A stretch of 64,000 nt of DNA from an uncultured virus (IMG/VR IMGVR_UViG_3300025066_001240) (IMGVR_UViG_3300025066_001240); one strand, 5' to 3'. Counted from the first letter of the stretch, positions 50,302-57,688 are shown. Numbers and translations are program-made. The notes: generated by a model from the letters alone, not told the origin.

Positions 50302-50817
50302 TTAAAAAAGGTCTGTAGGTTTAATTACTGGAGTATCTCCAGATTTCCTTTTTGTTAAGCCTTCCTCTTCTCCCTGTATGTATTGACCGCCATCCTCAAG
50401 GATAGTCGATTTAAGTATGACTGATTTGACAAATGTACTGAATTCATCCAATTTTGAGTCTCTTTCGAAATTCGTTTGCAGGATCTGCATAGACTGTACC
50501 TGAAAAGCCGTCGTTGGAATAGAGGCGATTAGTAGGGCGAACTTCTCCATAGTTTCTGGAGAGTAGTCATCCATCCCAACGTCTATGACTATCTCACCAT
50601 CCTCATCCACGCTGTAGCAGACGCACGCAGGACGACCCTTATTCCCAAAGGACTCCTTCGACGATTTTGTCTGCGGTGTTTCTCCAAGTGAATTCGCTGG
50701 CGGTGGAGATCCCGGCTTCTGAGATTTCCCCCTTGTAATTAGCTGCAAAGGCCAGCATAGCGTCCGAAAGATCTCGTATAGTATTTTCATCAATTTTTGC
50801 CCATTTTCCTTGTCCAA
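50302..50817 (-). CDS. Hypothetical protein (start uncertain)
   Basis: Open frame filling the gap; 5' part overlaps the GT4 gene. Confidence 0.5.
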   Translation of the reverse strand: MDKENGQKLMKILYEIFRTLCWPLQLITRGKSQKPGSPPPANSLGETPQTKSSKESFGNKGRPACVCYSVDEDGEIVIDVGMDDYSPETMEKFALLIASIPTTAFQVQSMQILQTNFERDSKLDEFSTFVKSVILKSTILEDGGQYIQGEEEGLTKRKSGDTPVIKPTDLF

Positions 50818-51718
50818 AGAACCACTTGTTGTCGTAAGCCGGTTCGGTGTTCTCGATGTTTATAGCTGTACAGTTATCAGCATTGCAAAACTCTGTATGA
50901 GCAGAATAGTCGGTGGCAATTACGTGTCTACCTACTGACATCATCTCCAGTAGCTCCAGATTCCAACCTTCTCCACGAGAAGGAAAGACTCCACAGTCCG
51001 CTTCCGCCATCATATTATACACACCTCCCTGTGTCTCAGCCCTCGGAATAAGTTTTACTCCGGGGTGAGAGTACAGAGATTCCCACCTCTCATCCTCCCC
51101 AGTAGTGTTGAATGGGTTGTGGCACATCATTCTTAGCTCGATATTGGGATTCTGCTCGTAGGCCAACCTGAAGGCTCGAATCAGGATATCGTGCCCTTTA
51201 CGCACCTCCCATTTCCCACAGTTAAAGAAAACCGTCTTATTTTTAGGGTGTTGCTGAGTCATTGACGGGTTAGTGGGTAAAAAGATAGATGTGTCTACAC
51301 CCAGAGGTACTACGTGAATGTTATTACCCAGTCCATGATACTGAATAACACCCTTGGCCCACTCTGAGCATACCATCAGTTCATCGCAGGACCGCATTTG
51401 ATGTAATTCCTGCTTCGTGAAGGTGTCTAGCTCGAAGATAGGGAACCCTATGTGTTTTCCGCGACCAACGTGTTGGGCTAGGTCAAACTGGTGCCACAGA
51501 CGCACTGAGGCGGCTTCTGGGTTGTACCCGTTTTTGGCTAGGTCAAGAGATCTCTGTACTATCGTATGGTCTTCTTGACAGGAAACGCTAATGCTCTCAG
51601 GGCCAGAGATAGGATACAGGGATACTTCAACACCACGATTCCAAAGTGCCTTGAGGATATTGAGACAAGTAATCCCATATCCCAATTGATTAATCGGTCC
51701 CGTTAAATTTAATTGCAT
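50639..51718 (-). CDS. Glycosyltransferase family 4
   Basis: VPLGVD, GKWEVRKGHD, PSRGEGWNLELLEMM. Confidence 0.88.
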   Translation of the reverse strand: MQLNLTGPINQLGYGITCLNILKALWNRGVEVSLYPISGPESISVSCQEDHTIVQRSLDLAKNGYNPEAASVRLWHQFDLAQHVGRGKHIGFPIFELDTFTKQELHQMRSCDELMVCSEWAKGVIQYHGLGNNIHVVPLGVDTSIFLPTNPSMTQQHPKNKTVFFNCGKWEVRKGHDILIRAFRLAYEQNPNIELRMMCHNPFNTTGEDERWESLYSHPGVKLIPRAETQGGVYNMMAEADCGVFPSRGEGWNLELLEMMSVGRHVIATDYSAHTEFCNADNCTAINIENTEPAYDNKWFFGQGKWAKIDENTIRDLSDAMLAFAANYKGEISEAGISTASEFTWRNTADKIVEGVLWE

Positions 51719-51783
51719 TTAGATACGTCCTTACAGAGTAGTATAAAATAATCCTGATCATATGTCTGTGTCAATCACAATTT

Positions 51784-52212
51784 TCATTTAAACACCTCTC
51801 TTACAAATTCCTCTACAGTTTTTGTCTGTGGCTTTTCGGTCAGAAACTTATTTACGGTGCGTTTCGCTGTTCTGCGTCTTTCTCCGAGTCCCACTAGGGC
51901 ATCCACACAGTCATTATAAGCTGGATGCTTCTGACGCTCAGGAAGTGGGATGGGTTTAGCCTTAGGTGAGGCGTTCTTGCCCTTCTTCTTTTTCTTCTTC
52001 TTCTTTTTCTTCTTGACTTTGGGTAGCTCAACAGCAACTACAGGTGGTGCTTCAGGAGGGTCGTCTATGTACCCTAGATCAAAACGCTCTGGGATCTTTA
52101 GGGGTTTGACAGATTTGTTAGTAAGACCGTTGACAAAACAGATAAACCAGAAGGTTCCAACGAGGGAGCTACACAGTTTAACCAATAGGTCTATATGTCT
52201 AGGGTCGTCCAT
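51784..52212 (-). CDS. Membrane-anchored protein with poly-Lys run and RuvA-CTD-like C-terminus
   Basis: N-terminal TM; 11 consecutive Lys; DCVDALVGLGERRRTAKRTV. Confidence 0.6.
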   Translation of the reverse strand: MDDPRHIDLLVKLCSSLVGTFWFICFVNGLTNKSVKPLKIPERFDLGYIDDPPEAPPVVAVELPKVKKKKKKKKKKKGKNASPKAKPIPLPERQKHPAYNDCVDALVGLGERRRTAKRTVNKFLTEKPQTKTVEEFVREVFK

Positions 52213-52245
52213 TTTAGAATTCCGCTTTCAGAATACATCTACTGT

Positions 52246-52386
52246 CTATAATCCCAACACCATACTCTTGATATGCGTAGAACCCGGCTGTTTCGGGCTT
52301 ATGGACAGGGTCGTCGTCGGGTAGTAGCCCTCATACAGTTGGAGCACTTCGGCTGCGGTGATTGCCCCTGTCGAGCACTTGCACAT
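52246..52386 (-). CDS. Small hypothetical protein, possibly leaderless
   Basis: 46 aa MCKCSTGAIT..; ATG 6 nt below the -10 of TTGACA-16-TATCAT (52393..52420). Confidence 0.4.
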   Translation of the reverse strand: MCKCSTGAITAAEVLQLYEGYYPTTTLSISPKQPGSTHIKSMVLGL

Positions 52387-52441
52387 CATCTTATGATAGT
52401 CTATATCGGCTGTATGTCAAGGGTTTCTTTAGAGTATTTAC

Positions 52442-52473
52442 AAAAAAGGCCTCGATAGTTTCCCATCGAGGCT
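52442..52473 (-). terminator. Intrinsic terminator
   Basis: GCCTCGAT-GGGAAACT-ATCGAGGC followed by a T run on the minus strand. Confidence 0.75.
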
Positions 52474-52531
52474 GAAATAGCAGCGTTTATTCCCGTGAAC
52501 ATCTTCGAAAGAAGGCTGCTATCGTGTAAAA

Positions 52532-52696
52532 TGGAAGGGCGGGATTTACTTTATTTACCCGCAACTTTCAGGGCCAGTTGTGTCAATGTCCCTACTCGAA
52601 CCGCTATCCACTGCCTCAGTCAGTTGACCCTTGGCCTTCATAGATTCGCGTGCTGTTACCGTCACTGGCTTGCTCCGGTGTTTTCAGCCACCTTCC
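52532..52696 (-). ncRNA. Structured tRNA-like ncRNA candidate with ~85-nt insertion in the anticodon-arm position
   Basis: GGAAGG/CCTTCC-A ends, GCT..AGC D-like arm, GCCAGT/ACTGGC stem enclosing the insert, GCGGG/CCCGC T-like stem. Confidence 0.5.
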
Positions 52697-52708
52697 GCCA
52701 GACAGGAG

Positions 52709-53065
52709 CTACCCGTCTGAATTCTTATTCCTCGGCGTAATCTGTGATGGATCAGGACCAAGGGAGATATCGTCTGCCATAATACAGACGGAACTTTTCT
52801 TGTTCTTTTCTTCATCCTCGTAGTTGTCAATCTTTAGCTTACCAGTAATAGCTACGCAACGGCCCCTAAGAAGCATAGGATTGAGGTTTTCTGCCATCTT
52901 ACCAAAACATAAAACATTGATAAACAACGTGTCATCGTTACGATGATCATTGACGGCTAACCTAAACTTAGACATGGACGTTCCCTTTCTCGTCGCTCCA
53001 AATTCCGCATCGCTAGTTAGCCGACCTGCTCCGTTCCAACAATTCTGATTCATCTGATACTCCAA
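52709..53065 (-). CDS. ssb: Single-stranded DNA-binding protein
   Basis: GRLTSD, FRLAVN, FINVLCFGKMAE, ITGKL; lacks the acidic PF tail. Confidence 0.88.
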   Translation of the reverse strand: MEYQMNQNCWNGAGRLTSDAEFGATRKGTSMSKFRLAVNDHRNDDTLFINVLCFGKMAENLNPMLLRGRCVAITGKLKIDNYEDEEKNKKSSVCIMADDISLGPDPSQITPRNKNSDG

Positions 53066-53091
53066 GATTTACAAATTCGGACTGATAATTG

Positions 53092-53286
53092 TTACGCACT
53101 CTCAGGTGTTGTGACCGGTTCACCGACACCCAATGTAGAACGTCCTTGCTTCAAGTAAAGCGATAGTCGTTCAACCTCTGCTACAATGGCTACTCGCTTT
53201 TCCTCAAGACCAACGATTTCTCGTTCGACATTCATGAGATGAACTCTTGCCATTTCCTCTACTGACGCCACCTGTTCTTCTGCCAC
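53092..53286 (-). CDS. Small coiled-coil hypothetical protein
   Basis: GTG start chosen below promoter 53329..53357. Confidence 0.55.
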   Translation of the reverse strand: MAEEQVASVEEMARVHLMNVEREIVGLEEKRVAIVAEVERLSLYLKQGRSTLGVGEPVTTPESA

Positions 53287-53328
53287 TTCTCTGTTTCTCC
53301 GGTTTAAAGGATTGTGTTTAGTCGTTAT

Positions 53329-53357
53329 ATTATAGTCTACAACCACCTAAAAGACAA
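53329..53357 (-). promoter_or_regulatory. Sigma70-type promoter
   Basis: TTGTCT-17nt-TATAAT. Confidence 0.6.
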
Positions 53358-53388
53358 ATCGTTTTTGGAATTTTTAGACTATATCGAG

Positions 53389-53416
53389 AAAAAAGACCGG
53401 CCCAAAAGCCGGTCTC
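53389..53416 (-). terminator. Intrinsic terminator
   Basis: AGACCGGC-TTTTGG-GCCGGTCT followed by a T run. Confidence 0.75.
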
Positions 53417-53431
53417 GGGTGTTTAAGCATT

Positions 53432-53812
53432 CTATCTTGAGTAATGCTTCAAAGTACGGTATTGGAAGGGTACAATAGCGACCCCTGCTACGGACCTACG
53501 CCGTTCCAACTCCCGTTGCTGTGCCTCAATTTCTTCTTTCTGACGCTGAATGATAGCGTTTTTACAGCGAACCCTCTTAACCGCACAGAGTTCCTCAGAC
53601 GTGATAAACGCTGGAACCCTACGTGTCGTCAGTGACGACTTCAGACGAGACTTCATCAGGCAAAACCGCTCCTTCAGTTTCACACAGATAGACGGACGCT
53701 CAACGACGTACATCGCTGGCACTACCACTTGAACCTCAGTAACACAGGGATCATCCGCCCGTGCTGAACTCACTGAAGCTACCAGAGTAGCAAACAAAAT
53801 AAGACCTCTCAT
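53432..53812 (-). CDS. Exported hypothetical protein
   Basis: Sec signal MRGLILFATLVASVSSARA. Confidence 0.6.
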   Translation of the reverse strand: MRGLILFATLVASVSSARADDPCVTEVQVVVPAMYVVERPSICVKLKERFCLMKSRLKSSLTTRRVPAFITSEELCAVKRVRCKNAIIQRQKEEIEAQQRELERRRSVAGVAIVPFQYRTLKHYSR

Positions 53813-53865
53813 ACTTAATTCCTTTCTAAAAGATCAAAAACCGATGGAGACCGTGGTAAAAGAAT

Positions 53866-54139
53866 TGGAGGCGGCGGAAGTCGAATCCGCGTGTTGTATA
53901 GGTTTCAAAATCAACAGTTTTTACATGTTTAGTGCCTAAGGCACGGTTCTTGCTGTTAGCGATAGTTCCCGAAGGATCTCTCTATGGTCGGGTGATGAGG
54001 CCCATAGAAGCCTCACAGCCTACGCTGCAAGTGCAAAAGAGTTTACAGTTATCGTTTGGTGTGGTTTTTAGCTAGCCCCCACGCCACCTAGCACATGTTG
54101 TTGAAGTCTCCGTCTACCAATCAATTCCAGTACGCCCCC
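53866..54139 (-). ncRNA. ssrA: tmRNA (compact, ~274 nt)
   Basis: GGGGGCG/CGCCTCC-A acceptor with G3.U70; T arm GCGGA-TTCGACT-TCCGC; ATAACT-GTA AAC TCT TTT GCA CTT GCA GCG TAG gives tag (A)VNSFALAA. Confidence 0.92.
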
Positions 54140-54165
54140 GTACTACTTAGTCCGCAAGCGGACAG

Positions 54166-54274
54166 TGTGATTGACAGGAGTCGAACCTGCATAAACCGAC
54201 CTGACACCCAATTTATGGGAAATAATACGAGAGTCAGGGTGAGTCGCCAATTGTCTCATTACGGCCACAATCAC
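54166..54274 (-). ncRNA. tRNA-like RNA with extended anticodon arm
   Basis: GTGATTG/CAATCAC acceptor, GCC..GGC D arm, GCAGG-TTCGACT-CCTGT T arm; anticodon loop replaced by CCTGAC/GTCAGG stem with a 27-nt loop. Confidence 0.6.
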
Positions 54275-54543
54275 AAAAAACAACAACTGAACAGGGCTTC
54301 TCACCCCTACATCATACCTACCTTCACTGGGATTTAACCCTCCACCGGCTGATTCAATTGTTACCTCCGTAGTTTTGTAGGCAGTCAGCCTACTTCAATC
54401 ATCGGGATTTAGAGGAACACCCGACTAGCCAGCGACAACTGGCGTGGCTCTACTTGAATAGCTTGGTAAAGCTATCCTTAGTCAACTTATCCACAGAGAA
54501 GTCTAGGACTTCATCGAGTTTAGGAACCCCTGTTGTCTCATGT

Positions 54544-54572
54544 ATTATAGTCTACTTGACCCTGTTTGTCAA
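54544..54572 (-). promoter_or_regulatory. Consensus sigma70 promoter driving the ncRNA/tmRNA unit
   Basis: TTGACA-17nt-TATAAT. Confidence 0.82.
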
Positions 54573-54660
54573 GGTCTTTTTGACTATTTTTTCACTTTCA
54601 ATTTCAATTTCAGAAGTGGCTCACTAGGTTTATCGGCTTCTGAGACTGTGATCTTGATCA

Positions 54661-54831
54661 TTATTTGTCCTTTTCTGAGATTAAGCAACATTTTTTGAAC
54701 TTGAGACCGCTGCTACACGGGCACGGCTCGTTGCGACCAACTTTCCCACGTTTTTTCTGTAGTTCACGCTCGGATTTCTCCATCGCTTCGATGATATCCA
54801 TCGCGTGTATTTCTCCAGATCGCGTATCCAT
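54661..54831 (-). CDS. SEC-C metal-binding motif protein (56 aa, not in ORF track)
   Basis: [20 protein letters not shown]. Confidence 0.85.
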   Translation of the reverse strand: MDTRSGEIHAMDIIEAMEKSERELQKKRGKVGRNEPCPCSSGLKFKKCCLISEKDK

Positions 54832-54847
54832 TGTATGTCAACCGCTT

Positions 54848-55075
54848 TTATTCAGATTCTTCCCACTCGAAGTACCTGTCCATAAACTTATCATAGATAT
54901 TTGCGTACTTAATGTCGTCGCAGATTAATCTGTACAACCGCTTGGGGAAGATCCTGAACCCGTCACGGTCAAAAATCTTCGTTGAATACTCCCAGTTCTT
55001 ATCTTTGTAGGACACCCGTATTTTACAGACGTTTTTTAAGAGGGTCAGCGTGTATTCTTCTATTTTACTCTTCAT
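54848..55075 (-). CDS. Hypothetical protein
   Basis: Start MKSKIEE just 3' of tRNA-Asp. Confidence 0.5.
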   Translation of the reverse strand: MKSKIEEYTLTLLKNVCKIRVSYKDKNWEYSTKIFDRDGFRIFPKRLYRLICDDIKYANIYDKFMDRYFEWEESE

Positions 55076-55081
55076 ACCAAG

Positions 55082-55154
55082 CGACTCCGACCGGATTCGA
55101 ACCGACATTTTCCACATCGACAGTGTGGGGCATTAACCATTATGCTACAGAGCC
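55082..55154 (-). tRNA. tRNA-Asp(GTC)
   Basis: Full cloverleaf; anticodon loop CTGTCGA; TTCGAAT T loop; G73. Confidence 0.9.
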
Positions 55155-55157
55155 TTA

Positions 55158-55373
55158 TCATCTAAAGTATCTTCTTGTTAAGTTAGCGAGTGTTAAAACC
55201 GCGAAGAAGGCCGATAACAAACATGTCAACACAGCCATAACCGCGTTGTGATGATAAGCACTAAGAAAGAAGAGGAATAAGTAGATTACTAAGCATATTA
55301 TGCTCATAATCAGTTCTACTACGTTGGATGTATCTGGACCCTGTTCATACTTAGGAGGGTCATATGGACTCAT
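55158..55373 (-). CDS. Small two-TM membrane protein
   Basis: Two hydrophobic helices. Confidence 0.6.
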   Translation of the reverse strand: MSPYDPPKYEQGPDTSNVVELIMSIICLVIYLFLFFLSAYHHNAVMAVLTCLLSAFFAVLTLANLTRRYFR

Positions 55374-55951
55374 TCCAGAAACTTCTTAATTGTACTGAGG
55401 CCAGCCCCATTGATCATTTGGGGTGTTCCACCCGATTGTACGGCAACTATAGCACCCTTATATTGAGCAGATGCTCCAGATAATCCATTTACAGCCTTTC
55501 CATGTGCCGTCCATAGATGCTCACCATCAGTTGTCGTCCACCCCTTATCGTAAGTGGTGTAGTTGTGTTTTTGTTTGTCTAAGTAATGATAACCCGTAAC
55601 ATTTACCGTGGTGTATTTTTGCGGCTCTTTATCTGCGAGGGGAACCGCCTCCACCTCTATTTTACCCTTGACCTCCACCAACGCTAAGTCCCACACCTTA
55701 TGCTGCTTCAGTAACTTTGCTGGAAATGAACACTCATTCCCTTTGTGGTAGAAAGATACACTTGTTGTTTGGTTTGGTATTAGAAAAAATCCGCGACCAC
55801 ATGTTAATATGAGGGTTTTTTCATCGTCTGATTCTATCACGGTCCCAGAGAACGAAGCACCCTCCTCACGGTGGACCCTTACAACTGAGTCAAAATCTTC
55901 AGCCACGATGGGCATCAGGAGTAAGAAAAACGTGATTAGACTCTTGAACAT
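55370..55951 (-). CDS. Exported trypsin-like peptidase-fold protein (catalytic His apparently lost)
   Basis: Signal peptide MFKSLITFFLLLMPIVA; FSGTVI, ILTCGRG, DLAL, GLSGA. Confidence 0.7.
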   Translation of the reverse strand: MFKSLITFFLLLMPIVAEDFDSVVRVHREEGASFSGTVIESDDEKTLILTCGRGFFLIPNQTTSVSFYHKGNECSFPAKLLKQHKVWDLALVEVKGKIEVEAVPLADKEPQKYTTVNVTGYHYLDKQKHNYTTYDKGWTTTDGEHLWTAHGKAVNGLSGASAQYKGAIVAVQSGGTPQMINGAGLSTIKKFLE

Positions 55952-55989
55952 ATTATGGTTTCCTTTACTATCCTTTGTTTTGAAAAAAC

Positions 55990-56112
55990 TTAACGCAATG
56001 GGATTTGAACCCATAACACCATCACCCAACCTATCACAGCCAGTCACTGGCACCGTCTCAGGACGGCGTGTCTACTAACAGGAATCGCTTCCGGTATTTC
56101 CACCATGCGTTA
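55990..56112 (-). ncRNA. Degenerate/expanded tRNA-Leu-like RNA
   Basis: TAACGCA/TGCGTTA acceptor, ATGGG-TTCAAAT-CCCAT T arm, hairpin inserted in D loop, shortened anticodon loop, enlarged variable region. Confidence 0.55.
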
Positions 56113-56113
56113 A

Positions 56114-56187
56114 TAGCACCGACAGGAGTCGAACCTGCAACATTTGCATTCTAAGTGCAACGCCTCTGCCAGTTGGGCTACGATGCC
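56114..56187 (-). tRNA. tRNA-Leu(TAG) with short variable loop
   Basis: Full cloverleaf; anticodon loop CTTAGAA; 5-nt variable loop; A73. Confidence 0.85.
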
Positions 56188-56193
56188 ATGTTT

Positions 56194-56442
56194 TTAGTCT
56201 GAGTTATCAACACTCGCGACTAGTTTGTAAGTAATATCATCCTCTTTTACCAAGAGTTCATTTGAACCCAAGAATCCACGGCCCACAAAACCCACTTGAA
56301 TTCCCACGGCTTCTAAAGCCTGACGAACCCTGATATCCAGAAACCCACGGGCCAGCTTACCGTCCATCTCCCGCTTATTTGCCGCCTCCAGATCTCGTTC
56401 ACGTTCCGCGTCTGTACGTCTATCCTGAAAATCACCGAACAT
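56194..56442 (-). CDS. Hypothetical protein
   Basis: 82-aa ORF. Confidence 0.55.
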   Translation of the reverse strand: MFGDFQDRRTDAERERDLEAANKREMDGKLARGFLDIRVRQALEAVGIQVGFVGRGFLGSNELLVKEDDITYKLVASVDNSD

Positions 56443-56445
56443 AGT

Positions 56446-56790
56446 TTATTCCCTTTCCATTGTAATACTTGTTGCCGCAAAAACTAAACCAAACATTTCC
56501 TTACGCCAAATGGTTTCTCCGTGACCAACAGGGATGAGGTCAATATCAGACAGCATCCACTCATCAAGAATGTCGTCATAGGTCTTACCTAGTTCTGCCC
56601 ACTCTTCTGTTTGAAAGCAAGACCACACTATTGTACGGTCTTCATAGATCGTGGTCAATTCAATTGACTGAGGAAATCTCTTTGAACCAGTTGAGCTACA
56701 CACGCTTGTAATCATATTCAACAAAGGGTCAAGATTCCAAGTCGTCTGGAGTTCTACTCTGTCTGGTCTTCCTAGTGTCATCTTGGTCAT
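56446..56790 (-). CDS. Hypothetical protein
   Basis: 114-aa coupled ORF. Confidence 0.55.
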   Translation of the reverse strand: MTKMTLGRPDRVELQTTWNLDPLLNMITSVCSSTGSKRFPQSIELTTIYEDRTIVWSCFQTEEWAELGKTYDDILDEWMLSDIDLIPVGHGETIWRKEMFGLVFAATSITMERE

Positions 56791-57095
56791 ATTCTACCTT
56801 TATACTTACTGTTAAACCGTTTGAACTTAACCAGTCTCATCATATGCCTGAACATAGGCACAAACTTCTTCCAGTTCGACAAGTCGAACGTATTACTAGC
56901 GTGAACACTTATGATATGACAACACCTACACAAGCTCACACCGTTGTCTAAATCATACGCCTTATCTGGATACAAACTCTTTGGGTAAATGTGGTGTGCT
57001 TCTATTGTACCCACCCGACCGCACATTTGACATGTGTTTTTGTCTCTAATCCTTACGGCCTTAGACCATTTTCTTAGTGAGTAAGTATTGAACAC
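56787..57095 (-). CDS. Small HNH endonuclease
   Basis: RDKNTCQMCG..EAHHI..NGVSLCRCCH. Confidence 0.85.
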   Translation of the reverse strand: MFNTYSLRKWSKAVRIRDKNTCQMCGRVGTIEAHHIYPKSLYPDKAYDLDNGVSLCRCCHIISVHASNTFDLSNWKKFVPMFRHMMRLVKFKRFNSKYKGRI

Positions 57096-57113
57096 TCGTT
57101 CCTCGTGCTAAAG

Positions 57114-57186
57114 TGCGAGTGACAGGGATCGAACCTGCGACATCCACGTTGGCAACGTGACGCTCTACCAACTGAGCTACACACGC
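57114..57186 (-). tRNA. tRNA-Gly(GCC)
   Basis: Full cloverleaf; anticodon loop TTGCCAA; encoded discriminator is A. Confidence 0.9.
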
Positions 57187-57189
57187 ATA

Positions 57190-57477
57190 TCATCGCCCAT
57201 GATACTGCCACATGACTGCGTTACAGAGAGTATGGACGGCACCCTCTGTCATATGTGTCTTGTGACAATGTTGCAAGTGAACAGGAGTATTCAGGAATCC
57301 TGTGGGGAACAATTGCCAATTGATCTCCCGTGCCTGAATATGCTCTGGTGGTTCTTCCTCAAGGGAACAGCCACACCAATAACACTTGCCCTCTTGCAGT
57401 AGAACATATTCATTACGAACACGAGCGTTATCGCCCTTTCGCCAATCCAACGTTCTGTAATCTACTGGTAAATCCAT
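57190..57477 (-). CDS. Endonuclease VII-like HNH protein
   Basis: QEGKCYWCG..HLQHCHKT..GAVHTLCN. Confidence 0.75.
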   Translation of the reverse strand: MDLPVDYRTLDWRKGDNARVRNEYVLLQEGKCYWCGCSLEEEPPEHIQAREINWQLFPTGFLNTPVHLQHCHKTHMTEGAVHTLCNAVMWQYHGR

Positions 57478-57490
57478 CTTTGTTTCCTAA

Positions 57491-57520
57491 GCACCGCAGC
57501 TAAGAATCGAACTTAGTATT
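57491..57520 (-). pseudogene. tRNA 3' fragment (T arm plus acceptor strand only)
   Basis: CTAAG-TTCGATT-CTTAG-CTGCGGTG with no matching 5' half. Confidence 0.45.
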
Positions 57521-57548
57521 TTTCTCTACCCACGTTCTACTTTCTAAG

Positions 57549-57631
57549 TGACAGAAGAAGGAATCGAACCTAAAATGCCGAAAGGCGAGAGATTTACAGT
57601 CTCCGGGGCACACCACCTGCCCAATTCTGCC
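57549..57631 (-). tRNA. tRNA-Tyr(GTA)
   Basis: Anticodon loop CTGTAAA, long variable arm, TTCGATT T loop (imperfect T stem). Confidence 0.8.
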
Positions 57632-57688
57632 ATATCTTCCCGAACGGGAATATCATATCCGTTTGTTCCCATGAACCTATCTTCCAAG

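Noticed and set aside
52275..52305. RNase P RNA 3' end (AGAACCCGGCT on the plus strand)
   Set aside because: No matching 5' GAGGAAAGTCC P4 half nearby and the local transcription direction is opposite; probably chance.
55952..56053. 5' extension of ORF 55370..56053 (and similarly of 54848..55117)
   Set aside because: The extensions run through tRNA or tRNA-like genes; downstream starts give better proteins.
56114..56187. Amber suppressor tRNA or stop-codon recoding
   Set aside because: The anticodon reads TAG (Leu, decoding CUA), not CTA; conserved genes are full length in code 11 and TAA, TAG and TGA all serve as stops.
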